DNA of 64,000 nt, taken from the NCBI GenBank assembly GCA_965198005.1, contig CBDAOI010000004.1, positions 1,472,001-1,536,000 of the forward strand, read 5' to 3'. Under the pieces are notes generated by a model that saw only the letters and a list, made by a program, of their open reading frames with translations, was not told where the DNA came from and searched no databases. Below, one piece after another: positions 54,416 to 64,000 of the stretch; position 1 is the stretch's first letter; each line of letters begins with the position of its first letter. Position numbers and translations under genes: made by a program. Source of the DNA: Spirochaetia bacterium. GTDB lineage: Bacteria; Spirochaetota; Spirochaetia; SZUA-6; Bin103.

Positions 54416-54829
54416 ATGCGCTCCGCAGTGGTCTTCTTCGAGGGCCGGAACCGCCGGCGTCTCCTCGGCTTGGCGCAGGCACTGGCGCGCGGCGTGGAGG
54501 CACAGGGACATCAGGTCGACGTCATCGACGGCAGCCGCGAGGTCAACCGCAAGCTCACGATATACCGGTACGTCGCGGTCGGGGCCGAGCCGGTTACGTT
54601 CCTCGCGGGGAAGTTGCCGCCGGCCGTAGTGCGCTACCTCAAGGACGCCGGGATGGTGTCCGGCAAGCGCAGCTATGCGTTCGTGTCCAAGGCGGCGCTG
54701 AGCTCGGCGCGCGCGTTGCAGCGGCTGATGACCGCCATGGAGGCGGAAGGGATGTACGTCAAGAATTCGGGCGTGCTCGCCTCCGAGGTGGAGGCGGAGG
54801 CGATCGGTCGCCGACTGCACGTGGCCTAG
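54416..54829 (+). CDS. Flavodoxin-like hypothetical protein
   Basis: LAQALARG....GHQVDVID, GK...AFV, E.EGM pattern. Confidence 0.65.
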   Translation: MRSAVVFFEGRNRRRLLGLAQALARGVEAQGHQVDVIDGSREVNRKLTIYRYVAVGAEPVTFLAGKLPPAVVRYLKDAGMVSGKRSYAFVSKAALSSARALQRLMTAMEAEGMYVKNSGVLASEVEAEAIGRRLHVA

Positions 54830-54934
54830 CAACGCCTTCTTCGCCAGCAACCCCAACATCGCCGGAGGGAGTGTAGCGTGCGCGGGGGACCTGCCGGAAC
54901 ACCCTGTCCGGGCCCGGCGCCCGCGGAACGATTC

Positions 54935-54963
54935 TTGACACCGCCGTCAGGTTCCTCTATAAT
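54935..54963 (+). promoter_or_regulatory. Perfect consensus sigma70 promoter
   Basis: TTGACA-17 nt-TATAAT. Confidence 0.9.
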
Positions 54964-55061
54964 CGCGGTAGAATCGAATGGACGGTCCGGCGGGCCGTCG
55001 TGGACGGGCGAGACGCTGACGGGAGGGGCGGCATCAGCACGGGTGTGAAACGGGGTTTGCT

Positions 55062-55865
55062 TTGGATGCCGACTACTATAAGACTCTCGGATGCTCACCC
55101 CAAGCCAGTGCGAACGAAATCAAGCGCTCGTTTCGCCGGCGCGCCAAGGAGTTGCATCCGGATACTGCCTCCGCCGGCTCCGAGGAGCGCATGCGTTCGC
55201 TGATCCATGCCTACGAGGTGCTCAGCGATCCGCACCGGCGCGTCAACTACGACCGTACCCACGCCCGACTGTTACGCAACGTTACCTTCGACTATCGCGA
55301 GTTCCTGCGTCGGCAGCGCAACGACTACGCGAGCCAGAGCAAGCTGATCTTCTACGACCTGCTCCATTCAAACGACGACGAGGCGCTGGAGATCTACGAG
55401 CAGTTGGCCGTGGCGCACGTCGACCTGCACGAGCACATGTCGCACGAGGACTTCATGGACTGTTCCTTCCTCCTGGCGGAGGCGTTCGAACGCCGCGGCG
55501 ACGCGATACGCGCGGTCGAGATGTACAAGTCCCTGTACCGGCGGGAACGCGCGCGGCCCTACTTCCACCACTTCATCGAGGAGGTGGTGGAAAAGCTGCG
55601 TACGCTGACCTGCTTCAAGATGGCGGCAACCATGCCGGCGCCGCTGGTGATCGAGCAGATCCAGGCCTTGATCGACCTGGACATCTCGCGCAAGGAGTCG
55701 GCTTTCTTCCACAAGAAGATAGCCGAGATCCATTCCCACCATGGCGACAACGAACGCGCCGCCGTCCACCTGCAGCGCGGATTGGAGCTGGACAGCAAGC
55801 TCGCCGGGGTCAAGAAGCTCAAGGAGAAGATCGGCTTCCGGGAGGTCGCCCAACCGGTTTCCTGA
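55062..55865 (+). CDS. J-domain protein with TPR-like C-terminus
   Basis: DYYKTLG...LHPD...AYEVLSDP..R..YD. Confidence 0.88.
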   Translation: MDADYYKTLGCSPQASANEIKRSFRRRAKELHPDTASAGSEERMRSLIHAYEVLSDPHRRVNYDRTHARLLRNVTFDYREFLRRQRNDYASQSKLIFYDLLHSNDDEALEIYEQLAVAHVDLHEHMSHEDFMDCSFLLAEAFERRGDAIRAVEMYKSLYRRERARPYFHHFIEEVVEKLRTLTCFKMAATMPAPLVIEQIQALIDLDISRKESAFFHKKIAEIHSHHGDNERAAVHLQRGLELDSKLAGVKKLKEKIGFREVAQPVS

Positions 55866-55932
55866 CCGGCCGCCCCGGCCGCCGGTTGCGCTCGCCACGC
55901 ACGGGGCGAGTCGTGGTACACTCTAAGGACCA

Positions 55933-57009
55933 GTGAAAGCACTCATCTCACGTACGCCGGCCCTGATCCTGGCTCTGGTTACGCTGGCTGCGGGTACGGC
56001 CGCGGCGCAGGCGATCGACCGGCCCGCCGCGACCGTGCGGCTGCACAAGCTCGACGTCATCAGCGTCCGCCAACTGCGCAAGCACATCGAGCTGCTGGAG
56101 CAGCGCAACGGCGTGCTGATCGCCAAGGAGCAGCGCCAGCGCGTGCTCGACCTGCTGGTCGGCGAGCGGCTGATCGAGCAGGCCGCGGCGCGCGCGCGGA
56201 TCTTCGTATCCGCCGACGACGTGACCATCAGGATCGAACAGCTCAAGCAGCAGGAAGGCCGGCGGGTGCAGCTCGGACGGCCGCTGACGGACGCCGAGTA
56301 CCGCGCGCTGGTGCGGCAGACCGGCCTCTCGTGGGAGGCGTATCGCGAGCAACTGCGCAGCGCGATCATCCAGCAGCGGTACGTGGCGCGTACCCGCGGC
56401 GAGGAGCTGAGCAACATCGTGCTGCCCACCGAGGACGAGGTAGTCGAGTTCTACGAGGCCAACAAGACGCCGCTGTTCGTGCAGCCGGACATGGTGCAGT
56501 TCAAGCACATCTACGTCGATACCCGCGCCCTCACCGGGGAGTCGGAGCGGGCTCAGGCGCGGCGGCGGGCGGACGAGATCTATCGTGAGCTGCAGCAGGG
56601 CGCGGACTTCGACGACCTGGTGGTCAAGTACTCCGACGACGAAGGCTCCCGCTACAGCGGAGGTACGTTCGGGACCTATCTGCGGCGTGACGATCAGGTG
56701 ACCAGCGACCTGCTCGGACGGGAGTTCTTCGAGGCGCCGTTCCTGATGCAGGAAGGGGAGACCAGCGGGGTGCTGCAGTCCAATGCCGGCTTCCACGTCA
56801 TTCGCATCGCCGACCGGGTGCCGGCCAAGATCCTGGGGCTCGATGACCCGGTCAACCCGATGTCGGAGGACTTGGTGCGTGACCAGATCCGGCTGCTGCT
56901 GGCCAACGACCGGCAGGTCCAGGCCTATCAGCGGGCGTTGTTGGCCGCTCTCGAAGAATTGAAGGAAGAAGCCAACATCCGCATCTTTACGGACAACTTG
57001 AACTGGTGA
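55933..57009 (+). CDS. SurA-like PpiC peptidyl-prolyl isomerase
   Basis: Signal peptide; HI.V, F..L..KYSDD.GS...GG, S.AGFHVI. Confidence 0.85.
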   Translation: MKALISRTPALILALVTLAAGTAAAQAIDRPAATVRLHKLDVISVRQLRKHIELLEQRNGVLIAKEQRQRVLDLLVGERLIEQAAARARIFVSADDVTIRIEQLKQQEGRRVQLGRPLTDAEYRALVRQTGLSWEAYREQLRSAIIQQRYVARTRGEELSNIVLPTEDEVVEFYEANKTPLFVQPDMVQFKHIYVDTRALTGESERAQARRRADEIYRELQQGADFDDLVVKYSDDEGSRYSGGTFGTYLRRDDQVTSDLLGREFFEAPFLMQEGETSGVLQSNAGFHVIRIADRVPAKILGLDDPVNPMSEDLVRDQIRLLLANDRQVQAYQRALLAALEELKEEANIRIFTDNLNW

Positions 57010-57025
57010 CGGACGGGCGACGGGC

Positions 57026-57511
57026 ATGGGAGCACGGCACGACGGACGGATAGTGGCTTTCCAGACCTTGTACCGGTATGAGATTGCGCGCGCGCCGCTG
57101 GCGGCGCTGTTGGACTTCTCCTGGAACGACGGGGCAGCCGCGGGCACGCTGTCCCACGCGGCCGTGCAATTCGCCAGACTGTTGGTTGCCGGCTGTCTCG
57201 AGGAGCTGGACACGGTAGATGCCACGATCGGGCGCCAGCTCGAGCACTGGGAGATCGACCGGATCTCCCGCGTAGACCTGTCGGCGCTGCGGCTCGGCGT
57301 GTACAGCCTGCTCCATCAGCCGGAAATCCCGAGCGCGGTGACCATCGATGAGAGCGTGGCCATCGCCAAACGGTTCGGCGGGGACGAGTCGTACCGGTTC
57401 GTGAACGGGGTGTTGGACGGGATCCGGAAGGGCAGCGGGCGGTCGCCGCGGCCGCGTGCGGATTCGTCCGCCGAGGCACTTGGCGCCGGTGGCCGTGACG
57501 TAGTACGGTGA
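57026..57511 (+). CDS. nusB: Transcription antitermination factor NusB
   Basis: W.IDRI..VD...LRLG, IDE.V.IAK.FG..ES..FVNGVLD. Confidence 0.95.
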   Translation: MGARHDGRIVAFQTLYRYEIARAPLAALLDFSWNDGAAAGTLSHAAVQFARLLVAGCLEELDTVDATIGRQLEHWEIDRISRVDLSALRLGVYSLLHQPEIPSAVTIDESVAIAKRFGGDESYRFVNGVLDGIRKGSGRSPRPRADSSAEALGAGGRDVVR

Positions 57512-58203
57512 GAGCGGTGTTACCTGATATGTGTCGTCGTCCGACCCGCGTTCTCGTCGCCGTGCTTTTCTGTCTTGCCGTGGCCTCACTTGCGCCGGTG
57601 GCCGCGTTCGCCCAGGAGGGCGAGGCGGTCGAGGTCGAGGCGATGATCCCTCGCTACGGGCCGGGCGACTACGTACTGTCCCTTCGCCTCGGCTTGAACC
57701 TGCCGCTGTTCTGGTTGTCCACGCAGCCGATCGGGCTGCCGGCCGCGGCAGGCGAGCGCACGCAGGCGTCGCCGCACGACCCCAATCTGAATCTGATGTA
57801 CATGGCGGCCTTGAGTTGGAGTACCTACCTGAGCGAAAATTGGACCATTGGGGCGGAGTTGGCGGGCACGTTCGGCGTCGACATCAACAACAACACTCTG
57901 TTCATGGTGCCGATCCTGGCCCGTGGCGGTTACGTATTCAATCTGCCGGAGTTCGAGATCCCGGTCACGTTCGGGCTCGGCGGCCTCGTCATGCGGCTGA
58001 GCGACCGCACCAGTTTCGCGTTCGTGGCGCTGCCGGGGGTGTCGGTGCTGTGGCGCGCCACCTCGAACTGGTCGTTCGGGGCCACCGCCGAGTATTGGTT
58101 CGCCTGGGAGCCGCCCTGGGAGCAGCCGGCCGATGGCCCGGAGCTGCCTCACATGTTCGGCAACTTCGTCAGCCTGACCGCCACCGCGGTCTACCACTTC
58201 TGA
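57508..58203 (+). CDS. Outer-membrane beta-barrel protein (TP0733/OmpW-like)
   Basis: Signal peptide, amphipathic strands, C-terminal GNF...AVYHF. Confidence 0.7.
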   Translation: MRAVLPDMCRRPTRVLVAVLFCLAVASLAPVAAFAQEGEAVEVEAMIPRYGPGDYVLSLRLGLNLPLFWLSTQPIGLPAAAGERTQASPHDPNLNLMYMAALSWSTYLSENWTIGAELAGTFGVDINNNTLFMVPILARGGYVFNLPEFEIPVTFGLGGLVMRLSDRTSFAFVALPGVSVLWRATSNWSFGATAEYWFAWEPPWEQPADGPELPHMFGNFVSLTATAVYHF

Positions 58204-58229
58204 GGCCCCCGGTGAGACGCGTGGCACGA

Positions 58230-59382
58230 ATGAGCAGCTTGCGAGCGATCCGGAGCACGGCCCGGGCGGCGGCGGTCGGCTTGGCGCTGGCCGTGCTCGC
58301 CACCTGCAGCGGCGGCACGGCGGGCATCTTCTATACGCTCGCCACTCAGACTTCCCGTGAAAACCGCAACCTCGACGACAACCTGGCCGTGGCCAACATC
58401 GTGTACGCCGATGGTGGCTACTACGTGGCTGCGGCCAGCATCTACCGCACGGCCAAGATCGGTGAGACCTGGGACCAGGTGAACAATCCGCCCGCCGGCG
58501 ACGACGACGTGGTGCAAGTGCGCGCACTGGCCTACTACGGGGGTTATCTGTACGCCGCCTTCCACGTCGAAGGCGCCTCCAGCGTGTATCGTCTGTACCG
58601 CGCCAGCCCCGCCACTTCGTCGCTGGATTGGAAGGACCTGGAATTCGGTGAGCAGGTGGTGCGGCTGCTCGTGGTCGGCGACGGAGACAAAGCAAAGCTG
58701 CTGGCGATAACTGCGGACGCGGAGGCCGGCACGGGTGCGTTGTACGACCTGAGTGATGGGGGCCCGGCCGAGATGGTGCTCGCCGAGCGCGCGCGTGATG
58801 CCGCCTGGGACGGTACGGACTACTGGATAACGACCGCCGACGCCATCTACCGCGGTCCCGACCTGAGTGCGTTGGATACAGCGCCGTCACCGCGCCGGCT
58901 CGCAATGGCAACGACGCCGAGTAGCAGGTGTAATCGTCGTAGAGCCTACGTGTACGTCGCGGACGGCAACGGCAACCTCCACTGGGCGGCGATCACGCCA
59001 ACGGCCACGGCGGACACCGGCAGACCCCGCGCCTCCGGCAGAAGCCCTTGTCTGGATCTCCGACTCCGTCACTGCCGAGGACGACGCGCTCACCGAGTTC
59101 GGCAGAGTGGGGCGGAAGATCCTGGTCGGCACCCAGTCCCAGGGCTTTTACGCGTTCGACGTGGAATCGACCGGCGCCCCGCTGCCGCTCAGCCCCGGTC
59201 GGGAGGGCGTCAGGGTGACGCGCCATCCCCACTTCACCAACGAGCAGCTCTACAAGGCGCATGTGCTGCGGTTCGCGGTTCTGCCGGACGCCGAGGAGCC
59301 CGACTACCTGTTCGCCCTTACCGCTACCGACGGGCTGTTCAGCACGACCCCCGACAGCCTCGACATCTGGAACCAGGAATAG
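58230..59382 (+). pseudogene. Beta-propeller-like lipoprotein, frameshifted near 58.9-59.05 kb
   Basis: Lipobox-like LATC; the plausible C-terminus (ILVGT..GFY...IWNQE) is in another frame. Confidence 0.55.
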
Positions 59383-59429
59383 TTCGCGTGGTACCTACGG
59401 CGGTAACCGTGGTTCTCAGTGGTCAGGCA

Positions 59430-60033
59430 CACGACATCTGGGGGCGCAACTCCCAATAACGCGAAACAGCGCGGCTGCAGCGCCGTCGGCTCGCACCCGC
59501 ACGGTGTTTGACGGCAGCGTGCCCAACTCAGCGATCCGGCTGCGAAAACTGTGCACCGGCAGAGGATATCTGCGGTCGGCCTAACCCCCAGCTATAGCTA
59601 TCACGCATGGGGCTCGCTGTCCACAGGCTCTGCGGCGGTCAACATTCGTTCTGCCACCACTCGCTCGGCGGCGTCGGTCTGACCAAACCGCGCCAGCAGC
59701 GACCCAGGCAGCGACTTCTCATCTACCGGCGGCATAAGCCGCGCCCGCCAACTCTTCTGTTCGCTTGCGCGTGGTCCCGTTGTGCATGCTGAACACCAGC
59801 AGAAACACCGGCCCCAGATACACCCGCCGGCCCCAGAACCGCAGCGCCCGCGGCGTCACCCGCTCGCGGCACCCCGCCGCCGCGCAACAGAAACTCGCCC
59901 GCCGCTCATACTTCGGCGGAAGTTCGCTCGGCCCGCCGCGCGGCTTGCGCTCATAGCGCGCCGAGTGCAGAACGCCCCCGCTACCGCAACCGGCATAAGG
60001 ACCAGCGCCGGACGTCGGCGTACCTCCGCGCAC
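59430..60033 (-). mobile_element. Transposon-related remnants (IS1634-like C-terminus and an accessory gene fragment)
   Basis: LPVHSFR...LGTL..NTV; SFCC...CRERVTP...RFWGRRVYLG. Confidence 0.35.
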
Positions 60034-60039
60034 AAGCAG

Positions 60040-63000
60040 CTACATCAGCGCCATACACTCGTCGAGGAACTCGCTGATGTTCCGGGTGAGCCGCGCCCAC
60101 CCAAGTACTACGCGCGCCTGCCGCTTGAGCGCGTCCGCATCGACCGGGCCGCTGGCTGAGAGCCTCCGCAGCAACGCGCCGATTTCGTCAGGGGGAAGCT
60201 CATCGAGCTCTCGGGGGCCACGCTCGCGGGGGAATCACCTCGGGGCTCTCCGGGCTGCGTAGCACGAGTTGCGCTTGTCCCGTGCGACCGAGTGGATTGG
60301 CGACCGCCACGACGCCCGTTCGCACCGCCGCGGCGCAGGCTCGGTTGAGGGCTCGCCGCGCCAGTGCGGTAAGCCGGCGACTGCCGGAAGCGCGATCGAT
60401 CAAGCGGTAGGCGCGGATCGCGACCACCGGCCCCTCGTAGCGAGCTACTTCGGCCAGCAGAGCGATGAGTTCACCCTGTCTCGCAGTGCGCGGATCGGGA
60501 ACGTGGCCGGTCGATGCCCACTCCCCGTAGGGCGCACGTGCGGCCACGGGAGCGGCACTCTTTGATAGTTGCCCGGCGCGCGGAATCCCTTGGCGGACAG
60601 CCGGCCGGTCGACGGTCTGCAGTATGGGCTGATCGGGGCTGATGCCTTCGCGTTCAGGTGACCGCTCAGGCACAGGGGGTGGGCCAGGTCGCGGCGGATC
60701 ATTCCCCGCAACGGCGGCTTGGTCCGATGGATGAGCGTTTCCACCCGTCACGGGCGGTTGCCCGGTGGGTCGTTTCGCGTGACGCTCGCCGTCGTGCGTG
60801 GCCGACTCTCGTTGCCCCTGAGCGCTCAGCGGATCGTGCACGACAAGTTCTGCGATTGGCTCGGACGGCCGTGACGGCGGCATCTCGGCTCGCCGTTTCT
60901 GCCTGCTACGGCGATCGTCGTCCTCGGCTGCGGGGAAGATTCCGCGATCGTTGAGCGCGTTCCAGAGACCCGCGAGCGCCTCGTCGGAGTCGAGCCGGAA
61001 CGCACTTTCGCGAACCCGCCAGAACGTCCAGCCGCAGCGTTCCAGATCGCGCTGGCGGCCAGCGTCCCTTTCATATTGGTCCGCCCCGTGCCAGGCATCG
61101 CCATCGCACTCGACCGCCACGCTGCCGTCCATGCCCTGCACGACAAGATCGATGCGGTAGACTCGTCGAGGTGTTTGCGTGCGTTGCGACGGTGCTGTGG
61201 CGCGTACTTGCCGGTACCCCTCCCGATGGAACGCACCGACTTCGACCAAGCTACCAAGTGCTGTCGCTGGTTCTCCGTCATCCGCGTGAAGCAGTGCGTC
61301 CACGCCTTTTCAGCCGCGAGTCGTTCCAGCGTGCGAGCGATGTCTTGCTTCGTGTGATCGAGTTCGAGGCGGTGCTGCTCCTCCGCACCCGGCTTGATCA
61401 GACGCTTCACCCAAGCGTACGCCCGCGACCAGTTCCAGGCGCGCCCGATCTCACCGGCCCGCTCATCCCAGACAGAGGCAGCAAACGTCCCCTTGATCTC
61501 ATCAGCCAGAACCGGCGCTCCGGTTGTCATCCGGTGCAGCAACTCGCGCTTGCGGTCCACTTGCGCCGCGAGTTCCACGTTGTCTGCCGCTCGCTGCAGC
61601 GCGCTCGCGTATTTCCGCGCGTCGCGATCCACGATAGCGGCGCGTATCTCCTCCGAGGTGGGGTCGAGCGGCCAGAGTGTTCGCTGCCCGAGTGTTTGCT
61701 GCGCCTTCAACCGTTCGCAAGCCGATTCGATCTCACCTTGCGCGGCAGCGTATCGGTACGTCGTCTCCACGGCGGCCACCGACTCGCCGTAGCGCCGCAG
61801 TGATGCCGGGTCAGACCAGTCCGGCTCGGGGCTTCCCGGCGTGCGCTCCACGATTGCTGCCAGGTCGCGCTTCAGAATCAGGGCCGCGAGTGCATCTTCA
61901 ATGGGCGCGCACAGATCCTGGAGTTCGGTCGCCAGATCGGTGAAGGTACTCGCCCTGAAGTCGTGATAGCGCCCCCAGCGCTCGCGCAGACGGAGGATTT
62001 CGAGTTCGCCGTCGACCCGCCTCACCAAGTCGTCCACGGCGTCTGCCACCGTGCACGGCCGACCGCCTATGCGCAAGTCGCGAATGTAGCGGGCACGCTT
62101 CACTACCTTGGGGCGGAGTGGACCGAAGCCCCAGCGTCCACCGGCCCCAAGGTGGTCGAGCAGGGCGTTGGCGTCGGCGCGCAGCGTCTGCAGGTCTGCT
62201 GTCGGCGGCGGAGTGATCGGGTTGGCGTCGAGCGCGCGAGCGGACCCGCCCAGTGACTTCGCGGCGTTCAGGGTGTCCTCGTGCAACTGCCGCCACGTAC
62301 GCTCCAAGCCGCCGAGAATCTCCTTCGTTGCCGTTTCCGCCCAGGCCAGCGGTTGTCGCTCCATCTGTTCGATCAGCCGGAGGAGCTTCTCCAGTCCGCC
62401 CGCGAGATCACGGCGGTCGCACTCGACCATCTGTTCCAACGCGTCGTACTCGCCGCGATGCCTGATTGGCGCGTTGATTTCGTGGGCCGCACGTGCTTCG
62501 GTCTCACTTCGTACGGCTCGTTCGAACTCCTCAGGAGCAGGCAAACCGCCGAGGTCGACGCTCACCCATCCGTTCGCTTCCCAATCCCGGAGGTGCTCGT
62601 TCCTGAACAGCGAAACCAGTTCGGCGAACTGATCTGCAGAGAGCGGTGGATCGATGTCTTCCGGGGTGTCGTCGGGAATCCAGGAGAGCGACTCCCGCTC
62701 GTCGCGCAGCGTTTCGGCGATGCGGGCAAGGTCCCGTTGTAGCCAAACTTCGCCTCGTGACGGGTCTCCCGTTCCCCAATTACGCGCAGGTCCTGAAGTA
62801 CCTTGGCTTCATGTCTTCGGGCGCGATCCAGGTCGCCGTCGAGGCGCGCAATTGTTGCGTGGCTCTCCTTCGCATTCCAGGTGTTGTGCCGGGTCGTGAT
62901 CCCCTGAACGGACCCCTCCATGGCATCCAGGGCGTCGCGGTCGTCGCCAAGCAGGACGACCGCCAGCGGGGCGAGGTCCGGTGCGTGCTCGAGGATCATG

Positions 63001-64000
63001 TGGCGCAGCACCTTGAGCGCCCGCACCGTGTGGCTGGTCACGAGCACCCGCCGGCCGTTGGCGAGCGCGTGGCAGATCAGGTTGACGATGGTGTGCGACT
63101 TGCCGGTGCCGGGCGGCCCCTGGACCAACACGCCCTGGTTGGTGGCCAGCCGTTGGATGATGCCGCGTTGCGCCTCGTTCGCGGGGAGCGGGAAGTAGGT
63201 TTCTTCCGGATCGGCACCGTTGCCGCTGTTGCTCATCATGCCGGCGGGAGGGCCATCCTCCGAGATGCTGATGAAGCGCGCCACGCCCTCGGGCACGGGA
63301 TCCCCTTTCTCGAGTTTCTCGATGATCCTCTGGAACGCGCGGATGAACGAGCGCTCGGTTCTGCGCCGCAGAATGAGTGCGGGCGCGAACTGAACCACGG
63401 GCGCCGGGCCGGGCCGTCGCGGCTTGAGGGACGGGCGGTACTCGCCTTCCGCCGACGCCGAATGCGCCCAGCTCTTGAGCAGACCGTCCAGCGGACCGGG
63501 CGCCCACAGGGAATCGCCAATCTGCTGCACCGTCTCCTCAATGGCACGAAGCTCCTGCGGGTCGGGACGGTGCTGCGGGTCCAACATGTCCAGTTCCAGG
63601 GTGGGACGGGCGCCTTCCCCCGCCGGCGTGACGGTCAGCGTTCCGTGCTGCGGATCAAGACTCACGGCGGCCTGGGCGGCCACCAAGTGTCGCTGCACTG
63701 CGTAGCTGCCGGGAACGTTCCAGCTCAGCAGGCCCAGCCCGAAGACGACTTCGAACCGCTCACCCACGCTTTGCTGACGTTGGTACATCAAGAAGAGCTC
63801 CAGGTACACTTTGCGGACGGTCCGCTCACGCCGGTCGCGCTCGGCCCATGGCCACCAATGGTTCTCGATCCAGGCATCCCACGCCTGCTGAACCTCGGGA
63901 TGGTCCTCCAGTTCCAGCGGGGGATGTTCGTCGGACTGGCCGCGAATGGTCGGCCGACCTCGTCGGTGCCATCGCCTCCGGGGGCATCGGAACCGCAGCG
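60040..64000 (-). pseudogene. Large SF1 helicase + Vsr/DUF559-like nuclease gene, fragmented; 5' end outside the window
   Basis: PLPANEAQ...QGPPGTGKSHTI.NL; YRIDLVV...AVECDGD.WH...RQRDLERCGW.FWR; at least four frame segments. Confidence 0.75.

Overview
High-GC bacterial chromosome window, probably from a spirochaete (inferred from the TP0733-like OMP, the SurA-nusB block and the lipoproteins). It has four parts. (1) 1-10 kb: a complete A/V-type ATPase operon (H-I-K-E-C-F-A-B-D). Its K subunit carries a Na+-binding signature and its leader contains a candidate Na+ (DUF1646-type) riboswitch. (2) About 10-47.4 kb: a defence/accessory island. It holds a damaged topA, a SNF2 helicase-DUF4391-Mod-Res-AbiTii type III restriction locus with TA modules inserted between mod and res, type I RM remnants, a NucS-like nuclease, about 10 toxin-antitoxin modules (often toxin decayed, antitoxin intact), a SWIM+SNF2 pair and IS remnants. 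Two paralogous coiled-coil/PD-(D/E)XK genes bracket most of it. (3) 47.4-59.4 kb: housekeeping genes (acetolactate synthase, ddl with no canonical start codon, pgi-like, hslO, J-domain, SurA, nusB, OMP, lipoproteins). (4) From 59.4 kb: a second decayed region with IS remnants and a fragmented SF1 helicase/Vsr-like gene. No rRNA, tRNA or CRISPR array was seen. All family assignments come from motif recognition by eye, not from database searches.
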